This document shows positions 9,470 through 20,867 of a stretch of DNA of 64,000 nt, piece after piece. This stretch comes from Bacillota bacterium (GTDB lineage: Bacteria > Bacillota > Clostridia > Ch29). The first letter of the stretch is position 1, and every line of letters starts with the position of its first letter. Under the pieces are notes generated by a model. That model was not told the origin of the DNA. It saw nothing but the letters and a program-made list of their open reading frames with translations, and ran no database searches. Both the position numbers and the translations under genes were made by a program. The stretch lies in NCBI GenBank assembly GCA_028686075.1, contig JAQUCT010000004.1:1833-65832 (forward strand), in the 5' to 3' direction.

Positions 9470-9510
9470 GTTCCAAAAAATCAAAAGTCCCTCCGGAATA
9501 ATCCGGAGAG
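9470..9510 (-). terminator. terminator downstream of the AIR-synthase-related gene
   Basis: Minus strand CTCCGGATTATTCCGGAG followed by GGACTTTTGATTTTTTGG. Confidence 0.55.
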
Positions 9511-9588
9511 GCGTGTGACCTGTGATTCTATGACCCAAGGCGGGAGACCGAAGGTCTCCCCTACTCCCTGACACTAGCACCTAGTACC

Positions 9589-9773
9589 TATATACAACAC
9601 ATTAATAGTATTACATTCCTTTATCTGTCATTCCGAAGAAGCGAAGCCCTAAGAATCCGAATCTGGCGTTCTGAGAGCGAAGCCCCCTGTAATTCTGAGG
9701 GCGCAGCCCGAAGAATCTTACTTGAAGTTAGATCCTTCGCTACCGCTCAGGATGACAGAATTGCTCAGGATAT
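9589..9773 (-). repeat. MITE/REP-like element copy R3 (reverse; right end truncated; abuts stop of the 9773..10750 gene)
   Basis: TATATACAACACATTAATAGTATTACATTCCTTTATCTGTCATTCCGAAGAAGCGAAGCCC...CGCTCAGGATGACAGAATTGCTCAGGAT. Confidence 0.8.
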
Positions 9774-10750
9774 TATATTACCTTATAAAGCTCATCACTC
9801 TGGGGAGGGTCAATCGGCGTTTCGATTCCGTCGACCACAATGGCCCTGCCTTTTTCCACCACTTCCCCTATTATTGAGGCGGGTATGCCTTCACCTTGGA
9901 GGGCCTTTAGCATCTCCTCCCCATTCCGGCAGGTAATAAGCATACAGCCACTTGATATAAGCTTAAGGGGGTCCAGACCCAGCTCTCTACATATAGCCTT
10001 GGTTTCAGGCCTTACCGGTATCCTATCCCGGTACACCCTAATGCCCACCCCCGAGGCCTCGGCAATTTCCCAGATGGCACCCAGCACTCCGCCTTCAGTC
10101 ACATCATGCATCGCCGAAGCACCCATTCTGCCCCCTATCATTCCTTCCTTAACCACACTTATATTCTCCATAAAGGACCGGGCATTCTCCAAAAGGTCCT
10201 GGCGGACCCTGCCATGCAGCCGCTCCGCAAGGTCGTGGGCTATAATGGCCGTGCCCTCAAGGCCGGCCCATTTTGTAAGAATTATGCTGTCCCCCGGCCG
10301 GGCACCGGCGGACTTTACTACTCGGTCCTTTTCTGCCCTGCCTATGGCCGTAGTGGACACCACGATGCGGTTAACCGCCTGGGTTATCTCGGTATGCCCC
10401 CCGATAATCTCAACCCTTAAGGAGGCCGCCTCCTCCGCTGCCTGCCGGACAATATCCTGCAGTACCTCCAGGGTTGTCCCCTCCGGGGCCAGTATTGTAA
10501 GAAGCAGCCCGAAGGGCTCTACACCATTGGCCGCCACGTCGTTGCAGGATATGTGAACAGCAAGACGTCCAATTTCATTAGCGGCACCAGTGATTGGGTC
10601 GGTAGACAAAACGCAGGCGTAATCGCCGAAGTCCAGCACGCTACAGTCCTCCCCCACCTGCGGTCTTACAAGCACCTCTTCCCTTTTGAACCGGAAACTG
10701 GAGAATATCCTCTGTTCAAGAACGTCGGATGGCAGTTTGCCACTTTTCAT
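9773..10750 (-). CDS. AIR synthase-related (PurM/HypE/ThiL-fold) protein of unknown specific function
   Basis: VGEDCSVLDFGD...TDPITG N-domain and a C-terminal AIRS_C-like region. It does not end in the HypE C-terminal Cys motif. Confidence 0.55.
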   Translation of the reverse strand: MKSGKLPSDVLEQRIFSSFRFKREEVLVRPQVGEDCSVLDFGDYACVLSTDPITGAANEIGRLAVHISCNDVAANGVEPFGLLLTILAPEGTTLEVLQDIVRQAAEEAASLRVEIIGGHTEITQAVNRIVVSTTAIGRAEKDRVVKSAGARPGDSIILTKWAGLEGTAIIAHDLAERLHGRVRQDLLENARSFMENISVVKEGMIGGRMGASAMHDVTEGGVLGAIWEIAEASGVGIRVYRDRIPVRPETKAICRELGLDPLKLISSGCMLITCRNGEEMLKALQGEGIPASIIGEVVEKGRAIVVDGIETPIDPPQSDELYKVI

Positions 10751-10788
10751 GACCTATCCCCTCTTTGCATTATGTAATGTTAGAACTC

Positions 10789-11397
10789 CTATATGATTAT
10801 ACCACTATTCCCACCGATACAAAAAGCCCTCCTCCATTCCTCCACCGTCATTATCCTGTGGTCGGACACTATTGCGATGTATTGAATATACTCCGGCTTT
10901 ATATCGTGAAACACCAGAACCTCTGCATCGTACCCTTCCATCCTGTCCCTTCTCAACCTTAGATTGTCATTAAAGGAAAGGGAAGTATCCCAGTATTCTC
11001 TTATTAAAACCCTGCCCGGCCCTTCAATATAACCCTTTGCGCCGTAAAACCCTTCGACGCTGTGCAAAACAAAGGGCTCGTAAAGCTGGTTGGCCCGGTT
11101 TTCATTGGCTACCCAGCACCTTGGGGGGTGAACCTTAAACGCAAGCAGCATGCTATGGGAATGGAATGCGTGGTCTTCCTTGAAGTTCATACTGGCAAAC
11201 ACAGTCCTTGTCCTGTTCACCCAACCGGGTATATTTTCTGGCCTGTACAGGTTTAGAAAGGTGTGAAAGTCCCTGTATTTTTCCTGATAGGTTGGCTTGT
11301 CATCGCACCTTATGCCATGGGCCTTCACCTTAGCGAGGTCGTTTAGAGAAATTATGTGATAGACAAGTCCCGTCTGGCTGTAATCGGGAAATAGCAT
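10789..11397 (-). CDS. hypothetical protein
   Basis: 202-aa ORF with no recognisable motifs. Confidence 0.4.
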   Translation of the reverse strand: MLFPDYSQTGLVYHIISLNDLAKVKAHGIRCDDKPTYQEKYRDFHTFLNLYRPENIPGWVNRTRTVFASMNFKEDHAFHSHSMLLAFKVHPPRCWVANENRANQLYEPFVLHSVEGFYGAKGYIEGPGRVLIREYWDTSLSFNDNLRLRRDRMEGYDAEVLVFHDIKPEYIQYIAIVSDHRIMTVEEWRRAFCIGGNSGIII

Positions 11398-11537
11398 AGA
11401 ATACCTCCTTGCCTTTGTCGCTCTCCATGTTAAGTTTTCAATTATTCTTACGTATTATTCAAAGACTCCGGTTAATCCGGAGCCTTTGGTTTTTTTCCTT
11501 AAACAATGGGCATTCTAATATTCGGAGGTGGATTTTT

Positions 11538-11690
11538 TTGACCAACATCAATTGTTCAGAGAACTGTCGCCATCAGAAAAACGGCAAGTGCGAGCTTACC
11601 CATGTGGGCATTGTATCAGCCATAGGCAGTTCAAAATGCGCCTATTTCGAGCAAAAAGATTCGCCGCAAGCAAAGGCCAATCCTAAATAA
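11538..11690 (+). CDS. small Cys-rich DUF1540-like protein
   Basis: TTG start 6 nt after SD GGAGGTGG; NINCSENCRHQKNGKCELTHVGI fits the DUF1540 pattern (V.C.V..C.YN..G.C.A..I.V). The track ORF 11409..11690 is over-extended. Confidence 0.5.
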   Translation: MTNINCSENCRHQKNGKCELTHVGIVSAIGSSKCAYFEQKDSPQAKANPK

Positions 11691-11704
11691 GAAACATAGG
11701 GGCA

Positions 11705-11742
11705 GACAAGGGGACAGGCAGACAAGTCCCTGTCCCCTTGTC
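11705..11742. terminator. perfect 14-bp-stem hairpin between convergent genes (DUF1540 gene and gatB)
   Basis: GACAAGGGGACAGG-cagacaagtc-CCTGTCCCCTTGTC, followed by tandem 15-mers GGACTGGTCCTTGCT x2 and further GTCCCCTTGTC copies (11756-11790). Confidence 0.5.
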
Positions 11743-11799
11743 CGACCCTTGTCCGGACTGGTCCTTGCTGGACTGGTCCTTGCTGTCCCCTTGTCCGTG

Positions 11800-13227
11800 T
11801 TATAGGAGTTTTTTTAGTATATTGTTTACGAGGGCGGGGTTTGCCTTGCCCTTTGTCTCTTTCATGGTCTGCCCTACAAGAAAGCCCAAAGCTTTCTTGG
11901 TGCCTGCCCGGTAGTCCTCCACCGACTGCGGGTTTTTCTCCATTACTCTCTTTATTATCCCTGTAAGGGCCTCCTCGTCACTTATCTGCAAAAGCCCTAA
12001 CCGTTCCACTAATTTCTTTGGCTGCTCACCGGTCTCAAACATCTCGGTGAACACCCTCTTTGCGGCGGAGCCGCTCACCGTTCCATCGTCCACCAGTTTC
12101 AAAAGGTCCGCCATATACACAGCGGGGAAGGGTATATCCTCTGCCCCGGCACCCTTTTCGTTAAAAAGCCGCATAAGCTCGCCCATCACCCAGTTACTTA
12201 CCGTCTTGGGATCGCCGCCGTAGGATTTAACGCATTCTTCAAAGAACACGGCCATAGGGCGGGATGCGGTAATTACCCCGGCATCGTATTCCGGAAGGCC
12301 CCATTCCTCCACGTATCTTTTTGCTCTTTTATCCGGCAGTTCCGGAAGCTCTTTTCTTATTCGCTCTATATATTCTTCTTCCAACACCACCGGCACAAGG
12401 TCCGGCTCGGGAAAATACCGATAATCGTGGGCCTCTTCTTTGCTCCTTAAGGAGGTATTCTTCCCGGTAACATCGTCCCATTTACGGGTTTCCTGCACCA
12501 CCTCGCCGCCGGATTCTAAAACCTCAATCTGTCTTTTGCTTTCATCCTCTATGGCGTTAACCAGTGCCCTGAAAGAGTTTAGGTTTTTCATCTCGGTCCT
12601 TGTGCCAAGCACACTGTTTCCCTCTGGCCGCACCGACAGGTTGACGTCAAACCTTAATGACCCCTCCTGCATCCTGCAGTCAGAAACTTCGGTGTATTCC
12701 AAAATAGCTTTAATCTTTTCCGCGTACAGTCTCGCCTCCTCTGCACTCCTTAAATCCGGTTCGGACACTATCTCAATAAGGGGTACACCGCCCCTGTTAT
12801 AGTCCACCAGCGTGCTACCGTCCTCGGCCTCGTGCAGCAGCTTCCCTGCGTCCTCCTCAATGTGTATCCGCGTTATGCCAATCCTTTTGCTTCCAAAGTC
12901 ACCCTTTATATCCAGATATCCCTCTTCGCAGAGCGGCTGGTCGTACTGGGATATCTGGTACGCCTTGGGCAGGTCGGGGTAGAAATAGTTCTTTCGGTCC
13001 AGCTTGCTGAAACCGTTAATCTGGCAATTGGTGGCAAGCCCGGCCTTAACGGCGTATTCAATAACCTTTTTGTTTAGCACCGGTAGCGCCCCGGGGAGCC
13101 CTAAGCACACCGGGCAGCAGTGGGTATTCTCCTTGTCGCCAAAGGCTGTGGTACAGCCGCAAAATATTTTCGTATTTGTCGCCAGCTCGGCGTGTATCTC
13201 AAGCCCTATCACAGTCTCATAATTCAT
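11800..13227 (-). CDS. gatB: Asp-tRNA(Asn)/Glu-tRNA(Gln) amidotransferase subunit B
   Basis: [15 protein letters not shown]...CGCTTAFG...; 475 aa. Confidence 0.92.
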   Translation of the reverse strand: MNYETVIGLEIHAELATNTKIFCGCTTAFGDKENTHCCPVCLGLPGALPVLNKKVIEYAVKAGLATNCQINGFSKLDRKNYFYPDLPKAYQISQYDQPLCEEGYLDIKGDFGSKRIGITRIHIEEDAGKLLHEAEDGSTLVDYNRGGVPLIEIVSEPDLRSAEEARLYAEKIKAILEYTEVSDCRMQEGSLRFDVNLSVRPEGNSVLGTRTEMKNLNSFRALVNAIEDESKRQIEVLESGGEVVQETRKWDDVTGKNTSLRSKEEAHDYRYFPEPDLVPVVLEEEYIERIRKELPELPDKRAKRYVEEWGLPEYDAGVITASRPMAVFFEECVKSYGGDPKTVSNWVMGELMRLFNEKGAGAEDIPFPAVYMADLLKLVDDGTVSGSAAKRVFTEMFETGEQPKKLVERLGLLQISDEEALTGIIKRVMEKNPQSVEDYRAGTKKALGFLVGQTMKETKGKANPALVNNILKKLL

Positions 13228-13242
13228 AGTATAGTGCCTCCT

Positions 13243-14697
13243 TTACACCTGCGGGTGCATTTTGTGAAACCCGGTATTCTGCTGATATGCGTAAGCCGCT
13301 CTAAGCAGGGTACTCTCCGCGAAGGGTTTCCCTATAAACTGCATCCCCACCGGCAGGTTTCCTAAAAAGCCGCAGGGAACCGACAACGCCGGCAGTCCTG
13401 CGATGTTGGCCGGGACAGTGTTCACGTTAGGCAAAATCTTCTGCAGCGGGTCATTTGTTTTTTCTCCAGACCTTATGACCACCAAAGACGATGTGGGACA
13501 TACAATAAGGTCATAGTCCTCAAATACGCTATCAAAGTCTGCCTTTATAAGGGTCCTTACCTTCTGGGCCTTTTTGTAGTATGCGTCATAATTGCCGGAG
13601 CTTAGTGCGTAGGTGCCCAGCATAATCCTTCTCTTAACTTCCGCCCCGAACCCTTCGCTCCTTGTTTTTATGTACATATCCAAAAGGTCGGAATAGTCCT
13701 TTGCTCTGTAACCGTACCTTATCCCGTCGTATCTTGCCATGTTGGAGCTGGCCTCCGCCGACGAAATTATGTAATAGGCCGACAGCGCGTAAATTGTATG
13801 GGGCAGCGACACCTCTTCGCATTCCGCCCCAAGGTCCTCCAGCACACCTATGGCCTCGGTTACCCTATCCCTCACGCCCTGCTCTATACCTTTACCGAAA
13901 TACTCGGAAGGAATTCCTATCCTCATTCCCCTTATGCCCTCTTCGAGGCCCGCCTGAAAGTCCGGTGCCGCCACAACCATCGACGTGGAATCCCGCCGGT
14001 CATGGCCACAGATATGGTTTAAAACAAGGGCACAGTCCTTTACGTCCCTTGTTATGGGCCCAACCTGGTCCAGAGACGAGGCATAGGCCACAACGCCGTA
14101 CCTGGATACCCTGCCGTAGGTTGGTTTCATGCCTACCACTCCGCACAGGGCCGTCGGCTGCCTTATGGACCCGCCGGTGTCGGTACCCAGCGCAAAGGCC
14201 GCCATACCGGCAGCCACCGCTGCCGCTGAACCGCCGCTTGAGTCCCCCGGTATACTGCTGTCATCCCAGGGGTTCCGGGTGACCTTAAAAGCAGAGCTTT
14301 CGGTGGATGACCCCATTGCGAACTCGTCCATATTTGTCTTACCTAAAGTTATGCATCCCGCTTTCTCCAGCCTTTCATAAACGTCGGCACTGTAGGGCGG
14401 TACAAAGTCCTCCAGGGTTTTGGACGCACAGGTTGTCCTGATATTTTCGGTACAGATGTTATCCTTAAGGGCCATGGGTATCCCCGCCAGGGGGGACAGT
14501 TCACATCCCTGCTTTAGCTTTTTATCAATATCCCTTGCGGTCTTAAGGGCCCTGTCTTTTTCTACCGTAATGTAAGCACCAACCTTTTCGTCAAGCTCTT
14601 CTATTCTTTCTATAAATGACCGGGTTGTCTCCTCTGCGCTTACCTCTCTTTTTTTAATCCTTTGGGCCAGCTCACTGACTGTCATGTAATGGTACAT
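13243..14697 (-). CDS. gatA: Glu-tRNA(Gln) amidotransferase subunit A
   Basis: Amidase-signature [14 protein letters not shown]; 484 aa. Confidence 0.92.
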   Translation of the reverse strand: MYHYMTVSELAQRIKKREVSAEETTRSFIERIEELDEKVGAYITVEKDRALKTARDIDKKLKQGCELSPLAGIPMALKDNICTENIRTTCASKTLEDFVPPYSADVYERLEKAGCITLGKTNMDEFAMGSSTESSAFKVTRNPWDDSSIPGDSSGGSAAAVAAGMAAFALGTDTGGSIRQPTALCGVVGMKPTYGRVSRYGVVAYASSLDQVGPITRDVKDCALVLNHICGHDRRDSTSMVVAAPDFQAGLEEGIRGMRIGIPSEYFGKGIEQGVRDRVTEAIGVLEDLGAECEEVSLPHTIYALSAYYIISSAEASSNMARYDGIRYGYRAKDYSDLLDMYIKTRSEGFGAEVKRRIMLGTYALSSGNYDAYYKKAQKVRTLIKADFDSVFEDYDLIVCPTSSLVVIRSGEKTNDPLQKILPNVNTVPANIAGLPALSVPCGFLGNLPVGMQFIGKPFAESTLLRAAYAYQQNTGFHKMHPQV

Positions 14698-14716
14698 TCT
14701 TTAGCTACCTCCAATC

Positions 14717-14998
14717 CTATATCACCCTCGGTACCTTAAAACACCCGTTTAGTTTCTCCGGTGCGTTTGCCAGTATCCTTTCCCTGTCGGTGGAAGGCTC
14801 CACCTCGTCGTCCCGGTATACGTTTATTAGCGGCAGTATATGAGCGGTGGGCTGCACAGAACTGGTATCCACCTCCTCAAGCTGCTTTACGTATTCCAGA
14901 ATATTTCCAAGGGTTTTTGTAAACTCCTCCTTCTCTTGTCCGGAAAGTTCTAACCTAGCAAGACCTGCAACGTATTCCACATCTTCCTTTGTAATCAT
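14717..14998 (-). CDS. gatC: Glu-tRNA(Gln) amidotransferase subunit C
   Basis: 93 aa, MITKEDVEYVAGLARLELS...; gatCAB order. Confidence 0.88.
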   Translation of the reverse strand: MITKEDVEYVAGLARLELSGQEKEEFTKTLGNILEYVKQLEEVDTSSVQPTAHILPLINVYRDDEVEPSTDRERILANAPEKLNGCFKVPRVI

Positions 14999-15009
14999 TT
15001 TGTCACCTC

Positions 15010-15190
15010 CGAATATAACCTTTACATCCCCTAGCCTGTCATGCTGATCGTTTCTGTCATCCTGAGCGATAGCGAAGGATCGTCCTCCAAGTAAGATTCT
15101 TCGGGCTTCGCCCTCTTAAATGACAGGCAACTTCGCTTCTATAAAATGACAGTTAAAGGAGTATAATATTATTAATACGCTGTATATGGA
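15010..15190 (+). repeat. MITE/REP-like element copy R4 (forward), between ligA stop and gatC start
   Basis: AATATAACCTTTACATCCCCTAGCCTGTCATGCTGATCGTTTCTGTCATCCTGAGCGATAGCGAAGGATC...GATTCTTCGGGCTTCGCCCTC...AATATTATTAATACGCTGTATATGGA. Confidence 0.85.
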
Positions 15191-15198
15191 TACAACGA

Positions 15199-17223
<2,025 letters not shown>

Positions 17224-18189
17224 TTAGCCAAAAATCTTTGCCACACGGTCTATGCTTTCATAGCCGCTTATATCGTATTCCATAAGCGGTATCCTACACA
17301 GAATCCTGTCCCCGAATTTTTCTTCTATCTGTTTAAGGTACCCGTCCTCTACCTGCTTCCTTTTGCTGAAAAACTCACTGTCAATATTCTCCGGCATTAT
17401 CCGGTTTATTATTATCCCCTCCACAGGTATGCCGTTCCTTTCAAGGAAGTCCACCGCCTTTTCGGTCTCCAGTATAGGAAGCTGCTGGGGATTTAATACG
17501 AACACAAAGCCCGCCCTCTTGTCGTCAACAAGAAACCCCCTTGCCTTTTCAAACCTTTGCTTCCTGTCAAGCAGGATCTTCATTACAGGATCCTCATTTA
17601 TCCGCTCCTCAAGGGATTTATCCACAACCGAAGCCATACGCATCATATCGTTCACATTACGGCGTCTCTCAATCATCCCCTGCAGCCACTGGCCCATAAG
17701 CTCGGGCAACGATAGAAGTCTTAGGGTATGGCCGGTGGGCGCAGTGTCGAACACCACCCTCTGGTATTCAGTACCCACCATGTCTATTATCTCAATAAAC
17801 CGGTCGAATATGGCGGCCTCCTCGGCACCGGGCGAATGATAGGCGGCGTCCAACTGCCGCTGTATCTCTATTATTATGTTGGCACTAAAGGACCCCTGCA
17901 TCTGTTCCCGTATCCTGTTTATATACTTTCGGCTTTCGGTCTCCGGGTCTATTTCTATGCCGTAGAGATTGGTATCAAGCTTTTTTGGCTCATCCCCCAG
18001 CTCTACCTGGAATATCTGGCCCAGCGAATGGGCAGGATCGGTGGAAAGCACCAGCGTTTTGTAACCCTTTCTGGCAAGGTTTAGGGAATAGGCGGAGGAA
18101 CACGATGTCTTGCCCACCCCGCCCTTGCCGCCGAAGAATATTATTTCCTTATCAACAAGACCTGACATAACCTTCTCCCCTTCCATCAA
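17224..18189 (-). CDS. ArsA/Get3-family P-loop ATPase (anion-transporting ATPase-like)
   Basis: FFGGKGGVGKTSCSSA ... VLSTDPAHSLGQ deviant Walker A and ArsA signature. Confidence 0.7.
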   Translation of the reverse strand: MMEGEKVMSGLVDKEIIFFGGKGGVGKTSCSSAYSLNLARKGYKTLVLSTDPAHSLGQIFQVELGDEPKKLDTNLYGIEIDPETESRKYINRIREQMQGSFSANIIIEIQRQLDAAYHSPGAEEAAIFDRFIEIIDMVGTEYQRVVFDTAPTGHTLRLLSLPELMGQWLQGMIERRRNVNDMMRMASVVDKSLEERINEDPVMKILLDRKQRFEKARGFLVDDKRAGFVFVLNPQQLPILETEKAVDFLERNGIPVEGIIINRIMPENIDSEFFSKRKQVEDGYLKQIEEKFGDRILCRIPLMEYDISGYESIDRVAKIFG

Positions 18190-18485
18190 TGGAAATTATA
18201 CTTTTCGAACTGTTCGCCCATTATGTCCTTTTTATCCGCCATACGCAGCTCCCAGCCCTCCAGCTCCTTTGCCATATAGGGCAAAAGCTCTAAGGTGTAA
18301 TAGGAGGCGGGGGAGGGTATGCCCAAAAAGTCCGAAAAACAAAGCAGTATAAAATAGTCGTTGCCGTCCAGAGCATCCTTTTTTACTATACGCACCGAAT
18401 TCTCCCTGGCCCCTTCAAAGAACCCGCGGTTTACATCCGCCAGGAATTTAAGGCCGTTTTTAATAGCGTCCTTAATCTTTGCCAA
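18186..18485 (-). CDS. hypothetical 99-aa protein translationally coupled to the ArsA-like gene
   Basis: ORF overlaps the ArsA-like start by 4 nt. Confidence 0.45.
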   Translation of the reverse strand: MAKIKDAIKNGLKFLADVNRGFFEGARENSVRIVKKDALDGNDYFILLCFSDFLGIPSPASYYTLELLPYMAKELEGWELRMADKKDIMGEQFEKYNFH

Positions 18486-18498
18486 AAGTTTTACCCCC

Positions 18499-20646
18499 TT
18501 ATCTCAAAGCTTTGAGCGATGCCTCCGACGCCGGCATCTTTTTTACGCCGCGTCCGGGAAATGCGATTGTTATTTCAGTATCATCCCCTTTATCCTCCGC
18601 CTTTATAACGGTGCCCATGCCCCAGATACGATGCTGTATGCGGCTGCCCGGCCTGTAGCCTCCGGCACTGTCGCCGCCAGGCTTTCGTGCCCTTGCCCGT
18701 TTCCTGTTGTCCGGGACGCTGCCAATTACCTCCATAAGATATTCCGGCACCTCCCTTAAAAATTTAGAAGGCGGGTTTTCGTGGGTTTGACCGTACAGGG
18801 TCCTTAATTCCGCCCGGGTCAGGTACAGAACCTCCTTTGCCCTTGTCATGCCGACATAGCAAAGCCTTCTTTCCTCCTCCAATTCCTCCGGCTCGTCTAT
18901 AGCCCGTGACAGCGGGAATACACCGTCCTCCATCCCGGTCACAAACACCACCGGGAATTCAAGCCCCTTGGCACTGTGGAGCGTCATAAGGGTCACGCCC
19001 TCACCCTCGTCAAGGTTATCGGTCTCGGATACAAGGGCTACCCTTTCCAAAAACTCAAGGAGGGTGCTCTCCCCTTCATGGCTTTCCTCAAATCCTACTG
19101 CCGCCGATACCAGTTCCTTTATATTCTCTATTCTTCCTCGGGATTCTATTGTATCCTCCTGCTCCAGGGCCTTAACATAGCCGGTTTTGTCAAGCACCTC
19201 CGAGATAAACGCTACCACCGAATGCTTATCCCGTATGCCAATAAGGTCCTTCATCATGTCGGAAAACTCCTTGACCCGTCTTGCCGGCCCGGTGGCGATG
19301 TATCCTTGTTCCACCGCTCCGGTAAGTGCCTCAAACAGGCTTATCTCCAGCCGGGACGCATACTGTTCCAGTATTTCTATTGTCTTATCGCCAATGCCCC
19401 TGCGGGGCTGGTTTATTATCCTTTTAAGGGAAATATCATCCGCCGGGTTTAGTATTACCCTAAGATAAGCCAGCACGTCCTTTATCTCTTTGCGCTGGTA
19501 GAACCCAAGGCTTCCTACCACTTTGTAGGGTACCGCCCTGGTGATAAAGGCCTCCTCCAGCACCCTTGACTGGGCATTGGTCCTGTACAGCACCGCCACG
19601 TCGGATAGTTTCCTCCCCTCGTCGGCGCAAAGGCGCATGGCCTCGCACACCACAAACTCAGCCTCCTGCCTTTCGGTGGCAGCCTGGCGGCACCTTATCC
19701 GATAGCCCTCCATCTCCTTGGTCCACAACTTCTTTGCCTTCCTGCGGCTGTTGTTTGCAATAACGCAGTTGGCGGCATCCAGTATGTTTTTGGTGGAGCG
19801 ATAGTTCTGCTCCAGCTTTATCACAGTAGCCTCCGGGTAATCCACTTCAAAGTCCAGTATATTGGCAATATTGGCCCCCCTGAATTTGTATATGGACTGG
19901 TCGTCGTCCCCTACAACACAAAGATTCCTGTGGCTTTGGGACAAAAGATGCACCAGCCTGTACTGGGGCGTGTTTGTATCCTGGTACTCGTCCACCAGAA
20001 TGTACCGGAATTTGTTCTGGTAAAAGGAGAGTACCTCCGGGTAGCCGTTAAATAGGTCCAGTGCTTTCAGTATTAGGTCGTCAAAGTCCAGCGCGTTGTT
20101 GGATTTTAGTTTTTTTCGATACAAACGATACACCCGGCCTATCTGCTCGGCGTAAAAACTGTCCTCCGCCGAGGCGATGAACTCCTCCGGCGACTGCAGA
20201 TTGTCCTTGGCCCTGCCTATCATCCCCAACACTTTCTTAGGCGAAAAGTTTTTTTCGTTTATGTTAAGCTCCTTAAGACAGTCCTTAACAACCACCAACT
20301 GGTCAGCCGAATCGTATATTACGAAGTTCTTATTGTACCCTATTTTTTCAATATCGTGCCTCAAAAACCTTACACAGGCGGAGTGGAAGGTGCTCACCCA
20401 CACAGGATGGTTTTGCTCCCCCAGCAGCCCGAAAACCCTTTCCTTCATCTCGCCGGCCGCCTTGTTAGTAAAGGTTATGGCAAGTATGCTGCCGGAGTGT
20501 ATTCCCTTCTCCTGTATAAGGTATGCTATGCGGTGCGTCAGCACCCGGGTCTTACCCGACCCTGCTCCCGCCAGTATCAGAAGGGGACCCTCGGTAGTGG
20601 TAACGGCTTTCTTCTGCTGCGGATTAAGCCCGTTTAAAAAGTCCAT
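18499..20646 (-). CDS. pcrA: ATP-dependent DNA helicase PcrA (UvrD family)
   Basis: 715 aa; LNPQQKKAV...AGAGSGKTRVLTHRIAYL helicase motif I onwards. Confidence 0.93.
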   Translation of the reverse strand: MDFLNGLNPQQKKAVTTTEGPLLILAGAGSGKTRVLTHRIAYLIQEKGIHSGSILAITFTNKAAGEMKERVFGLLGEQNHPVWVSTFHSACVRFLRHDIEKIGYNKNFVIYDSADQLVVVKDCLKELNINEKNFSPKKVLGMIGRAKDNLQSPEEFIASAEDSFYAEQIGRVYRLYRKKLKSNNALDFDDLILKALDLFNGYPEVLSFYQNKFRYILVDEYQDTNTPQYRLVHLLSQSHRNLCVVGDDDQSIYKFRGANIANILDFEVDYPEATVIKLEQNYRSTKNILDAANCVIANNSRRKAKKLWTKEMEGYRIRCRQAATERQEAEFVVCEAMRLCADEGRKLSDVAVLYRTNAQSRVLEEAFITRAVPYKVVGSLGFYQRKEIKDVLAYLRVILNPADDISLKRIINQPRRGIGDKTIEILEQYASRLEISLFEALTGAVEQGYIATGPARRVKEFSDMMKDLIGIRDKHSVVAFISEVLDKTGYVKALEQEDTIESRGRIENIKELVSAAVGFEESHEGESTLLEFLERVALVSETDNLDEGEGVTLMTLHSAKGLEFPVVFVTGMEDGVFPLSRAIDEPEELEEERRLCYVGMTRAKEVLYLTRAELRTLYGQTHENPPSKFLREVPEYLMEVIGSVPDNRKRARARKPGGDSAGGYRPGSRIQHRIWGMGTVIKAEDKGDDTEITIAFPGRGVKKMPASEASLKALR

Positions 20647-20867
20647 TGTAATTCTCCCCTCGGGTTAGCTTTTGTTCTTTTATTAATTTTACCATAAAAC
20701 TTCGTATAATAGGAAAAGGGACACACCTTTATTTTTGGTATTCCCTTATGGCTAAGGTATATCCCCGATCGATATGCTTTCAGGTCAGGACACACTATGA
20801 TTGAAGGTGGGAGGTGAGAAATGAGATGCATATCCCTATGAGTGAGTTGCTGCTACTGCCTGCCGAA

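Noticed and set aside
10789-11397. Possibility that the 202-aa hypothetical is a DarT-like ADP-ribosyltransferase toxin (N-terminal ...LVYHIISLNDL...)
   Set aside because: The resemblance is limited to a short N-terminal pattern recalled from memory, and there is no adjacent macrodomain (DarG) antitoxin gene. The idea is insufficiently supported and the gene is left as hypothetical.
13662-14282. 206-aa proline/arginine-rich plus-strand ORF
   Set aside because: Antisense to gatA, which has an unmistakable amidase signature; the composition is a GC-rich reverse-frame artefact.
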